Of a stretch of 64,000 nucleotides of DNA, positions 1 to 12,160 are shown piece after piece. The DNA comes from Octopus sinensis (taxonomy: Eukaryota). The stretch is from NCBI RefSeq assembly GCF_006345805.1, contig NC_043012.1, forward strand, positions 23,250,001 to 23,314,000, in the 5' to 3' direction. How positions within the stretch are numbered: position 1 is the stretch's first letter; each line of letters begins with the position of its first letter. The position numbers and the translations under genes are program-made. Below the pieces are notes generated by a model. It saw only the letters and a program-made list of their open reading frames with translations. It was not told the DNA's origin and made no database searches.

Positions 1-490
1 AGTTGAACACTTTGGAAAAATGGAAAAGTCTTTTATGTTTCAAGCCTGTGCTCTTCAGCTGGAAGGATTAAGAGGAAAAAAATGTGTATCTAATGATCAT
101 ATGGATTTAATATATTTATGATATAAGCATTTAGATAGCAAAATAAGTTATAGAAAGGACAATCAGATTGAAAATGTAATACAAAGGAGGCATTGTAAGA
201 ACAAAGATTTTGAAGAAACTGGTAAGACCAAAGGCTGGCATTGGAAACATTCCAATATTAGAAAAGAGAATTGTTAGTGCAATTAAATATATATATATAT
301 ATATATATATATAGGCTCATCCAGAACCCTTGACATAAGGGGATCCACCTTAGTTTTCAAGACACCCCCATCCACACCATGCAGGTCTCCCAGGTGTTTT
401 GGACGGATGGATATATATACATGCATATTCATTCAGGAATAAATATATATATATATATATACACGCACACACATACATATTCTTTCATGG

Positions 491-520
<30 letters not shown>

Positions 521-521
<1 letters not shown>

Positions 522-1010
522 GGTAAACGGTAAAATTAAATACAGACATGGACAAGAACATGAAACACCACAGAGACGACACAAGAACCACAGGACGGGA
601 CATTAGAAGCCCTCAGTCATCAGTCAAGAACCAGATCATCTTAGCAATTTCGGCTGATTAATCTTGAGATTGCTCCGATATGGCCAGCCCGCCAAGGGAA
701 ATCTAAGCCAAGCGCATTAGATCCCCTGGAAGAAAGCTTCGAATGTATACAACGAAAGGACGGAAAACGATCGAAGTACACAAACAAAAATACAGAATAC
801 GTGACACCAATAAGAATACAAAAAACGTAAAAACAATAACGGTAAAAATAAAAAATAAACAACAAAACAAAACCAGGACGTAGGACAAGGGTCTTTCGAC
901 AGGACGATTTGAGTAGGGGCTGGCTTGTGAAGTTGTGCCTAAAGGCCACGGGGAGACGAACACATACGTGTTGCTTCTGAGGCTGCTGAAAACGAAAAGA
1001 GCGCTCAACA
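521..1010 (-). mobile_element. Penelope-like element terminal-repeat remnant
   Basis: Begins next to (TA)n; ggacgggacatt(a/c)gaagcc...tcagtcaagaacc segment is shared with the inverted repeat at 37.15-37.4 kb; carries hammerhead core motifs. Family assignment is inference. Confidence 0.5.
613..674 (-). ncRNA. Putative rearranged (non-circularly permuted) hammerhead ribozyme in a Penelope-like repeat
   Basis: Minus strand reads AGCAAU-C|UCAAGA-UUAA-UCAG-CC-GAAA-UUGCU-(13 nt)-UCUUGA-CUGAUGA-CUGA: both core motifs plus stems III (6 bp), I (6 bp) and II (4 bp) in permuted order. Confidence 0.6.
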
Positions 1011-1691
1011 GCGGCTAGCTGTCACGTGAGAACAAAAGACAGGAGAAAGGGACAGATGAAAAGGGAGAGAAGGTGGACGAGGGAGGAGAAGAAAGAGACA
1101 GATCGAGGGGGCTGGAGGTGAGAGAGATAGAGAAACGTAGAAAGGGGGGGGGACGGATGGAGAGGAAAGAACGGAAGGAATAAGGGAGGAGGGAGAGAGA
1201 GAGAAAAAGAGACAGATTAAGAGTCGTATCAAAGCTTGAGAAAAAAAAATACTTATCGTATAAGGACAATTGTGGATATATATTATCCATAAATGAATAT
1301 GTGTATATATACATATATATACACACATATATAGTTACACATATACATATAAACACACACATACACACAAAAGTGGATATTAGCAATTAAACACAGGAAA
1401 ATAAATTGTAGACTCTGAAATACAATAAAATTAAAAATTCTGAAATATGTAATTAAATGACTTAGTGTGTATCATTGAAAGACAAAGCTAGTAGTAGTAG
1501 TAGTGTTGATGTGTGTGTGTGTGTGTGTGTATACAAATAGAAATATCTTTACTTATACATATATCTGTATGTGCGTGTGTGTATGTATCTATATAAATAT
1601 AAATACACATACAAACGAACATGGAAAAATGTACGTTGATTGATGCTGATGTTAATGATGCTATCTATCTATCAATCATCATCATCATCAA

Positions 1692-1727
<36 letters not shown>

Positions 1728-1966
1728 CATCCATTTCTTCATTGCTAGCATGGGTTGGGCAGAGTTTATTTCAGGCAAATTTACTATGAGCAGAAAACCT
1801 TCCTGGCACCAATGTTCACCTGTTTCAAAGCGAGGTAACGTTTCCCCTTGGCCAGACAAGTTCTTGCAGCATATTGTATGACACTGACATTCTTTTACAA
1901 CTATCAAAAGGACAGGCACACACACACACACACACAAACACACACATGTATAAATACATATATACA

Positions 1967-2013
<47 letters not shown>

Positions 2014-2531
2014 GTATGTTTAGATAGATGGATATATGTATGTGTGTGTGTATCCGTCTTTGTAGTAGGTGATAAAAGATATACAATTTTTTAATGCATA
2101 CATACATGCATGTCCATATGCACAGACATACATACATTCATGTATGTACAAATACATACATATACATACACACATAGATGCATGCATGCATGCACACATC
2201 AGTATACATACATAACTTGTAAAGCAAAACTCATGATCACTTAACATTTTTACATCCATTTTAGCATACAAGTGTGGCTGACATTAATATTTGCATGAAT
2301 TATTGAAGCAAACGTAGCAAACATATAAATAATTTATAGTACCTAAGACTATATTGGTAATAAAAATAGAAGGAAGTTTTAATGTTACAGCATTATAGAA
2401 ATATATATATATACACACACACACACAGATATATATATATACATATGTATGTATATATAAACATTAGAAGACGTAATGTGAAACAGCAAGACAGATTATG
2501 ATAATTAATGACACAGATTGTGCATTTCAGA

Positions 2532-2594
<63 letters not shown>

Positions 2595-2911
2595 GATATA
2601 TATATATACATATGTAGATATATATGTATGTATATCTATGCATATGTACACTTATGGTTTCTTTTCAGAGGATATCTGAGCTTTAGATTTAATGAAGAAT
2701 AGAATAGGTTTTTTTTCTGAATTGATGTTAGTATATTTAAATGAAGCAGTTTCTGAGTGAGAATTGAAAACCTGGCTGAACATTTGTTTGGGAAATAATT
2801 TATTGTCATGATATGGTACCCACTTGGAGAAAAAAAAAAATTACTAAATAATATATAATTTGTTTATTATTATATACATTATTACATCATTATATAAAAT
2901 ATAGCCATGAG

Positions 2912-2946
<35 letters not shown>

Positions 2947-3267
2947 CATGTGTGTGTGTGTATGTGTGTATGAATCTATGTATGTATGTATGTGTAAGTA
3001 TATAAATATATCTGTGTGTGTGTGTATTTATATGTATAAGTATATAAATATGTGTGTGTGTTTACATATATATACATAAAAATTAGAAAGAAAACACCTT
3101 TTATCAATTCAAAATGAACAATTAAATTACACCATCTAGAAAATTACATATAATAGAAATACTAAAATTAAAATAACAATAATATACCGATGATTAAGTA
3201 AATTGCAAAATAATAATAAAATCATGTATATTTGGTAGAATAACGACACATGATTCCCTCAAATAAT

Positions 3268-3302
<35 letters not shown>

Positions 3303-3729
3303 ACAAAGAAGGAATGAATAATCATGTTCACATGATACTTTATTCACTTATGTCTATTTGCATGCTTTAAATGATTCAGTGACCAGAATCCATTAAAAAA
3401 ATAATGTTTTACATGTTTAATTAAGCTATCAATGGATCAATTAACCAATCAATTTACAGAACAGCCACACCCCCCCGCCAAGCCATTCTTCTCAAAATCC
3501 TAAAAGTTTACGTATACTTCATGCAAAGTCATATTTTTCACATCCCCACTGAATATGGATTTTCATACATGTTGAGGCGGAGAATCTTCTTCTAGGACTA
3601 TCTTCACAGCACAAGTTCTTCTCGTGTCCAACTACACTCAACATGTGAAATGTGACTTTAATATATTTTATTTAATGCCACTTCATGCAACATTATTTAT
3701 ATATATATATATAGATATATATATATATA

Positions 3730-3954
3730 CCGGAGTAAACACATAAATGTGAAACAAGGTGGAAAAAAGAGTACTCAAATACTAGGGGTAGAGTAATATA
3801 CTTTATTTAAAAGTATATTACTTTTATTTAAAAGAGTTTCACGTTCCCGTTCGTCGGACAGTTTTGTTAAAATTTTAACAAAACTGTCCAACGAACGGGA
3901 ACATGAAACTCTGAGTAACAGGTTTTGTTGAATTTCTGCTGCTTTTAAATAAAG

Positions 3955-3960
<6 letters not shown>
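3730..3960. mobile_element. Penelope-like inverted terminal-repeat remnant with palindrome and minimal hammerhead-like motif
   Basis: Near-perfect palindrome ~3834-3911 centred on aaaatttt; outer inverted match atatactttatttaaaag/cttttaaataaagtatat; flanked by (TA)n. Confidence 0.55.
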
Positions 3961-3985
<25 letters not shown>

Positions 3986-5322
3986 GGGTTATAAATATTT
4001 TTTACTTATTTAAGAAGTAACCAGTTAACATCATAGATTATTTAAGGTGGCATACGTTAGAAATATTAATTATTTTCAATATACATGCATATGTCAGTGT
4101 TACAAATCGTCATTATCATTTCCTTCAATATTAATGTGATTGCATTCGATTACACAAAGATTTCCACGTTGGCATGGGTTGGATTGATCTGCAATGCATT
4201 TTTCCATGAGGCTTGATGACGTGCAGGGCCACCTTGGCAGCATTATAGGGCCCTTGGTCAAATTAATGCACTTAGACCTTCAGTAATTATTTATTGATAG
4301 CAAGACACACCATATATAGGTCATGATTGGGCCCCTGAGCAACTGACCAGTGCACCCATGCTTCAAAACAACACTGACCAGGTGTCGTTTAATCTGTGAG
4401 CCTTAATAATCTCTAAGAAGTGTAAAAGGAGAAAAACTGAAGCTGAACTGATAACAAAATGTTGAATACAAACTGGTCAATTATTGATGTGACCCCTGTA
4501 AATAAGAACAGAAATTATCAGTGTGTTCGGACTGCTTCAGCTGATAAGGGCATACAGACCCCTCAACTCCCTTTAACTAGATTGCCCTGTGAATGCAAAT
4601 TCACAAACAGAAGCCTGAGTAAGTTATTGTTGAAGCATTGACTATTTATAGTTGCAGTGAAGGTACATGGCTCAGTGGTTCGGGCTATTTGGCTCATGAC
4701 TGTAAGGTTGGGAGCATGATTCCTTGTGGTGTGGTGTGTCCTTGAGCAAGCCACTTCATTTCTCAGTGCTCAAGTCCACTCAGCCAGCAAAAATGAGTTG
4801 TATATGTTCAATGGGCCGACCATGTCACAGTTTGTATCTTGCTGAATCTCCTTGAGAACTATATTAAGTGTATGTGGGTCTGAGGAGCACTCAGCCACTT
4901 GCATATTAATTTCATGAGCCAACTGTTCAATTAATTGGACCAACTGGGACATTGGTCATTGTAACCAATGGAGAACCAGGCCATAGAGATGCAGGTATGG
5001 CTATGTGTTTAAGAAGTTTGCTTCCCAACCACATGGTTCCAGGTTCAGTCCTACTGCATGGCACATTGGGCATGTGTTTGCTACCATAGCCTTGGGTCAA
5101 CCAATGCCTTATGAATGGAATTGTAAAACTGAACCAGTATAGAAAAATCATCCCTTGTGTGTCTGTGTGTGTGTGTATGTTTGTGTGTATGTTTGTGTAT
5201 ATGTGTTTGTGTGTGTCTGTTTGTGTATATGACAGTCACTATGTATGTTTTTTTTACACTTGACACTACTAGAGAAGAGAACCAAACGATGCTGTGTTTA
5301 TGTGGTGGTAAATTATGAACTG

Positions 5323-5705
5323 TGGAGGCGCAATGGCCCAGTGGTTAGGGCAGCGGACTCGCGGTCGTAGGATCGCGGTTTCGATTCCCAGACCGGGCGT
5401 TGTGAGTGTTTATTGAGCGAAAACACCTAAAGCTCCACGGGGCTCCAGCAGGGGATGGTGGTGATCCCTGCTGTACTCTTTCACCACAACTTTCTCTCAC
5501 TCTTACTTCCTGTTTCTGTTGTACCTGTATTTCAAGGGGCCGGCCTTGTCACTCTCTGTGTCACGCTGAATATCCCCGAGAACTACGTTAAGGGTACACG
5601 TGCCTGTGGAGTGCTCAGCCACTTACATGTTAATTTCACGAGCAGGCTGTTCCGTTGATTCGGATCAACCGGAACCCTCATCGTCATAACCGACGGAGTG
5701 CTTCA
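5323..5705 (+). mobile_element. tRNA-derived SINE, family A, full length
   Basis: A box TGGCCCAGTGG and B box GTTTCGATTCC; 13-bp target-site duplication aaattatgaactg at 5310-5322 and 5706-5718; near-identical copy at 22702-23076. Confidence 0.9.
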
Positions 5706-6790
5706 AAATTATGAACTGCTAAAACATATACTGGACATTAACATAAATATAAGGGTCAACATGGACAATGGAAACCTTTCAAGATTGTGCTCCAGCATTG
5801 CCAAAGCCAGTGATTGAAACAAATTAAAGAGCATATTAGTATATGGACACCATGGACACTGGCATTTGCAACATAATTTAATGGCAGACAGCAAGACAAC
5901 TGACACTAGTTGATCACAATATAATTAGAGACAAGAGCTTTGTCTGCAGATACAAGAATATCTTTGGTATAAGAGTGCAAAAGTCATGTCACATGATCAT
6001 TATTTTGTCTGTCAAGAGCTGTACTTAAAGAACGTCACAGATGTAATGATACTTTCAAAAGATGAAGACAGTAGTGAAGTGTTTTCGGTAAAGATATGAA
6101 CTACAATATATCTCATAACTCTGTAACAGCAGAAGATAATTAGAAGAAATGAGTGTTTAATTAAGTCAAAGAATTCAAATAAGCGTAAGCATGGCTGAGC
6201 TGACCAAAGCTTTGTGAGTAGATTTGCATTAATGTGTGTGTGTGTGTTTGTGCGTGCACGCACGTGCGTGTGTATGCATTTGTGTGTACTCTTGTTTAGA
6301 CATCACATGGTTGTTGTAAACGAGCATCACTGTCATACAAGGTTGTTTGTTTCCAGTCTTCTGTGTGAAACTCACTTGGGCATGGGGGACATAATGTCTT
6401 GCCTAGGAAGAGGTGAGGGTTGATAACAGAAACAGCATCCAGCCATAAAGAATTTGCCTCAGCAAATTCCAGCTGACCAATGCTAGAATATAAAAATGTT
6501 AAAGTTGATGATAGAATAATTATTTTCTTAAATTTAAAAATATCCAAAAGTTAAACTTGTAGCCATTTAGGTTATAGTAGCTCTAAGTTTTGAAAAGAAA
6601 TTTTTGTATCAACAGCCGAAAACACTGCAGAGGATTAGCATCAACAACTGACTTTATACAGCAAAATTACTTCATATTTATATCAATGGCTGTTAATACT
6701 AAAAGACTTCTGCACTTTTTAAATATTATTTATTTATTTTAGCACCTGTTTTTACATGGCTAACATGGTTTAGTTGAATATATTGGTGAA

Positions 6791-7020
6791 GGCAGCAAGC
6801 TGGCAGAAACGTTAGCACGCTGGGCGAAATGCGTTGCCGTATTTCGTCTGCCGTTACGTTCCGAGTTCAAATTCCGCTGAGGTCGACTTTGCCTTTCATC
6901 CTTCCGGGGTCGATAAATTAAGTACCAGTTACGCACTGGGGTCGATGTAATCGACTTAATCCCTTTGTCTGTCCTTGTTTGTCTCCTCTGTGTTTAGCCC
7001 CTTGTGGGTAGTAAAGAAAT
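6791..7020 (+). mobile_element. SINE, family C (central gactttgcctttcatcc...gtcgataa...agtacc domain)
   Basis: B-box-like GAGTTCAAATTCC; TSD atatattggtgaa at 6778-6790 and 7021-7033; related copies at ~10.2-10.56, 32.72-33.15 and 48.6-49.05 kb. Confidence 0.85.
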
Positions 7021-7393
7021 ATATATTGGTGAAGCATTGTTTTACAGTCAGATGCCCTAGTCGGTGCCAACCCATAACTGTTTGTCAAATCAGGTTATTT
7101 CTTATTCTGTTTTCAAAGGTGCAAAGCTAATGGATGACCCAATGACTGGGAAAAGGACAGCAATATCACAACCCAAAGCTGACTGGTTTTAGGAGGGTGT
7201 ATACAAATATGCAGATGTACGAATGTGCATGCATCCATCCATCCACACACACACACCAACAGGCATCTTTCAGTTTCTGTCTACCAAAACATCCAACAAT
7301 ATTTGCACAGAAGATAGGAAAGAAAATATAACATGCATGACAATGATGTTAGCTTGCAACTATCATTTGATGTCAAGTCATAGGTACATACAA

Positions 7394-7424
<31 letters not shown>

Positions 7425-8024
7425 CACATGCATATATATATATATATATATATACACACGCATATTGTGGGCAGTTTCAGTCACCCAAATCTACTAACAA
7501 GACATTGATTGACTTAAGGCTATAGTAGAAGACATTTGCCCAATGTGCCTTACAGTGAACTTAAACCTGAGATCAAATACTTAAGAAGCAACCTTCTTAA
7601 CCACACAGCCATACTTGTGCCTTAGACATTTTTAATCATAAAAAAAATCAAATTCCAAATAAAAGGACACTAAAATATTTTTCATATCATTGCTGTGATT
7701 TACTTAAGCATTCAAACCAAAGCAATGCCAGGTACTTGCAGCTTCTTCATTAATAAAAAAAAATACAAAAAATGAATTTTCTCATTATTTTTTTAATTAT
7801 TATTCTTGTTATTTAAAAAAAAAATTATGTATATTTTTAGGAGAAAGTTATAAATATGATTGTTTCAATTAGTTTTCCCACTACCAAAATATGCTTCACC
7901 AATCTGAATTCCAAATACTTACATCTCGGTGGGTTTCAAGAAACTTTGCTAAAACTCTTTCAATAAATTTTGGGAAGGAATCATAAGGAGTTTCACTTAC
8001 CTACAAAATAAAATAAAAAGAATA

Positions 8025-8245
8025 ATAATAAAGACAAGCTCAATAAGTATAAGAATCTAAAAACTGAAATACAAAAGGTGTGGCATTTTAATGTGAAAAT
8101 TGTTTCTGTTACTGTAGGTGCCATTGGCGTAATAAAAAAGAGATGCCAGAAACATCTTTGTAACATCCCAGGAGACCCATCTCTCACAGAAACTCAAAAT
8201 ATTGAGTTGACAATTACTGCCCACATTCTCAGAAAAACCTTATAA
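8025..8245 (+). mobile_element. 3' remnant of an RLE-type (R4/Dong-like) non-LTR retrotransposon
   Basis: Translates KDKLNKYKNLKTEIQKVWHFNVKIVSVTVGAIGVIKKRCQKHLCNIPGDPSLTETQNIELTITAHILRKTL*, matching the K..KY..L..E...W......+...+GA+G tail of restriction-like endonucleases. Confidence 0.75.
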
Positions 8246-11200
8246 ACTTAAATGTTTTGTTTTGTACTATATTCTATGAATACATTTCTGTACTGGTCTT
8301 CTCATTTTTGCTCTCCAAACTTTTAATTACATCTAAACATTTCTCAACTTTCACAGACTGCTTTCGGATTTTGTTTACCAAATCCACTCCCAATGCTTGG
8401 TTAGTCCAAGATAATAGTGGAAGACACTTGCCTAAGGTACCACACAGTGAGACTGAACCCACAATCATGTGGTTAGGTTTTGGGAAGATAGGAAATAGGA
8501 ATTTGTTGTGCTTGACACACTTTCAAAGGGGATCTCAGTGTGAATATACTGTAGTATGAATGTTCTTAACATAAATAATAAAAGAATCTAATGATGCTTG
8601 TTTCTAATGAGGCTCTATGGAAGAGGTGTCTGGGGACTCTACCACTCATGACCCTCCAAAGAATTGTTGGTAGAAAAGATGGATGGCTCTTGATGGATGT
8701 TTCAGTCATGCTTTTTTCAGTTGTTGGATCGACTTATTTCTCAATGAATTAGCATTTAAGTGACTGAGTAACCTTAGATAAGTGTACCCTTAACATATTC
8801 TTCAAAAAAGAATTTAAGAGTACACATTTCTAGAGAACTCAAATTACAGTTCAAATTCTCCACAGAGGCTTCCACTCAGCTTCCATCATCCTAATTTCAC
8901 TCACAAAGTTTAGATTGGCAAAAAACTGGAAAAAGACATTTATTCCAAATACCATGAAATGAGATTGAACTGCAAACCCACAGCATTAATTTCTTTTGTT
9001 ATACAAACAAAATATATGAAATTGAAAACCCATCCAACCCATTGAGAAATTGAAAGGCAAGTGTAAGAATGATGATGAGTTGATGATGATCATAAACTGG
9101 AATGAAAAACTAGTAAGAATTAAGCACTTCATTACTTTTAAGTTCCATACCAAAATAAAATTGGAAAAATATATTCCAACAATGTTACGTCAACTCTATT
9201 GTTATGTTTAAAAGAAGAAAAATTTGAATCTTGGGTTTGAGAATTGAACACAGCATTTTCTAAGAAACCATGTGAACTTCAAATGTAGAAAAGATTAGTT
9301 CTTGAATAATTTTTGTCAGAGTGAAATGAGAAAGAAACAATAAAGAAAAGAAAAAAATGTTTTCATACTTTGAATTAAAAAATTATAATAATAAATATTT
9401 TTGAAACTTAAACAAATTTTCAAAATAACTTGGTTAATCTTGCAATAATGAGATCTGCAAAATGTTTTAGATATAAATTTCTAGTGTTTAGAATTAGAAA
9501 AAAAAGTATTGCTTTATATTTAAACAAAGAGAACAATGATCTCTGGAAATTGCAATTTTTTTTTTATAAAATTGCTGACGAGTGAGAGCATTGAACAGTT
9601 CCCCACCCCATTATTCAAGGTTAATGAGACCCTGCAAAGATACCCAAAGCATTTACAAGCCAACACGTGGATGAGTATTCAGAATTTTTCACTTTAATTG
9701 TGAACAGTTACAATTAATGAAAAAAAAAAAAAATTTTTTATGAATATCTGATCTTGAATTAAAATGTAAAAATAAAAAAAGTTAATTATTAAAAGGCTAA
9801 AAGCTAATAAGGTTCTAATGAGGCTGGAAAATAGAACTACTTAGGAATTAATGAAAGAAGCAGTGAAAATGCTTCTTAATGCTTCAGGGACAAAGATAGC
9901 AGGAAAAAAAACTCCCGAAAAACTTGGCATTAATACTAAACAAAGCTGGATAAAATTATGCAAAAACCATAATAAAAAATTGAAAAACAAAAATATAGCA
10001 AAACAATGCTATGAATAAGCAGGGTAGTAAAGTTGTCGAAGTATTCCAAAATAAACTAAATAATTAGATTACAAGTAAAATCCAGTAGAATAGAGGTCAC
10101 GAGTTCAAATCTGAAATTATGCCAAAACACTGAGAATTAAATAATTTTTTTCTAATTTTGACACAATGCCAGCAATTTTGAGGGAAGCAGGGAAATAGAT
10201 TACATTGACCCCAGAGCTCAACTGCTACATACTTTGTTGACCCTGAAAAGAGAAAGGCAAAGTTGACCTCATCAGTATTTGAACACAAAACATAAAGCGT
10301 TGGAAGTTAAGCTTTTTATCTGCCAATGTAAAGATTCTGCTAGCCTGGTGCCTTAATGATAACAATTCTATCTACAATGGGTACAAGGCCTGAAATTTGT
10401 GGGGAGAGGCTAATCAATTCTTTTTAACCCTAATATTCAACTGGTACTGATTTTATTGATTCTGAAAGGATGAAAGGCAAAGTCCACCTCAGCAGAATTT
10501 GAACTGAGAACATAAAGATCCAGAAGAAATGTCACTAAGCATTTTCTCTGGAACTGATTCTGCCAGCTTTTGTCACGTGACTGAGAACTAAATAAGGAGG
10601 TACCAAATTCCATATTTGAGTTATCATCATCATCATCATCTAATGTCCACTTTTCATGGTGACATAGTGTTAGACTGGAACTGGTTAAGTCAGATATCCA
10701 CACCAAAGAAAAACAATTGCAAAAAAAAAAAAAATGCATCTTCCACAAATGGTATTGGTAACATTTACCTAGCATACCAACCAAAACTATCACAAGAGCT
10801 CTATCAGTTTGTCCAATGATAACTCTATATTATAGTATAAGGGTCATCGAAAAGAAAAAACTATTGAGCTGTTAACTATTTGCTCTAATCACTACATACT
10901 CTGCTAACACAACTATTATGATTACTATCATTATTATTATTATCATTATTATTATTATTATGATTACTATTATTATTATTATATGTTTGACTTTTGGTTT
11001 ATATTTGTACAAGTTGGTTCCAAGTCTCACCCAGAGACCTCAAGAGACAATAGGTTGGAACTTCGTATTGTTGTTATGCCTAGTATGCCATATATTTGGT
11101 TTTGTATTTAGTGTTGTACTAGTGAATGCCTAAAAAGAAAAAAATGTTTGTTTTAAAACTTGAGATTACATAGAAAGTATTTTGCATAGGATATGAGCTG

Positions 11201-11752
11201 TTCCCATGAGCACTATCTTATTATTATTATTATCACCATCATCATCTTCATCTGCAACCACAATGTTATTATTTCTCTTCTGATAGTTTCTGTTACCTAG
11301 GTGATGTGTTTAGTATTGGACAGGGGTGGTGGTGGGTGGCTGTAGCAGAAGAATAGACATGAGAGTAAGTAAAAAAAGGTTTGGAAAAGTTCAAAGAGTT
11401 GTTGCTCTGTTGATAATAAAGGGTTTTCTTTCTTCAATACCAAAAGTAGACTGTACGGAGTAGTTATATGTACAAAATGTGATGTAGTTGAGTACGGGAG
11501 ACATGGACATGGAATATGGAAGGAAATACCGAGGGTCCATGAAACAAATGAGAAGAAAAAAGCTTAATCCTTTTGATGTGTAATATTAACCAGCATGAAA
11601 GGAAGAATGTAATTCAACGGAAAGAGAGAGAGAGGTTCGGCTTTAAAAGACGTCGACTGAAGTGCAAAGAGAGAAAACTTACTGTGCTGGCATCAGCTTG
11701 TAATATAAATGAACAATGAAGGCTGGATAAAAAAAAAGCAAAAAAAAATATA

Positions 11753-12160
11753 GGCGCAGGAGTGGCTGTGTGGTAAGTAGCTTGCTAACCAACCACATGG
11801 TTCCGGGTTCAGTCCCACAGCGTGGCAACTTGGGCAAGTGTCTTCTGCTATAGCCCCAGGCCGACCAATGCCTTGTGAGTGGATTTGGTAGACGGAAACT
11901 GAAAGAAGCCTGTCGTATATATGTGTATATATAAGTGTGTGTGTATATGTTTGTGTGTCTGTGTTTGTCCCCCTAGCATTGCTTGACAACCGATGCTGGT
12001 GTGTCTACGTCCCCGTCACTTAGCGGTTCGGCAAAAGAGACCGATAGAATAAGTACTGGGCTTACAAAGAATAAGTTCCGGGGTCGATTTGATCGACTAA
12101 AGGCGGTGCTCCAGCATGGCCACAATCAAATGACTGAAACAAGTAAAAAAGAGTAAAGAG
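11753..12160 (+). mobile_element. SINE, family B, full length
   Basis: Head ggcgcaggagtggctgtgtggtaag...gggttcagtccc, internal TA/TG tract, tail ending in gagtaaa-like repeats; several near-identical copies in the window. Confidence 0.9.

Noticed and set aside
5323-5400. tRNA gene (also 62700-62777)
   Set aside because: The tRNA-like head continues into a SINE body, with a TSD at the 5323 copy; no complete cloverleaf or terminator.
11693-11989. Recurring MSSNARGTNT... ORF family (also 38564, 41940, 54236, 56878, 63096)
   Set aside because: Antisense frames of SINE family B, not a gene family.
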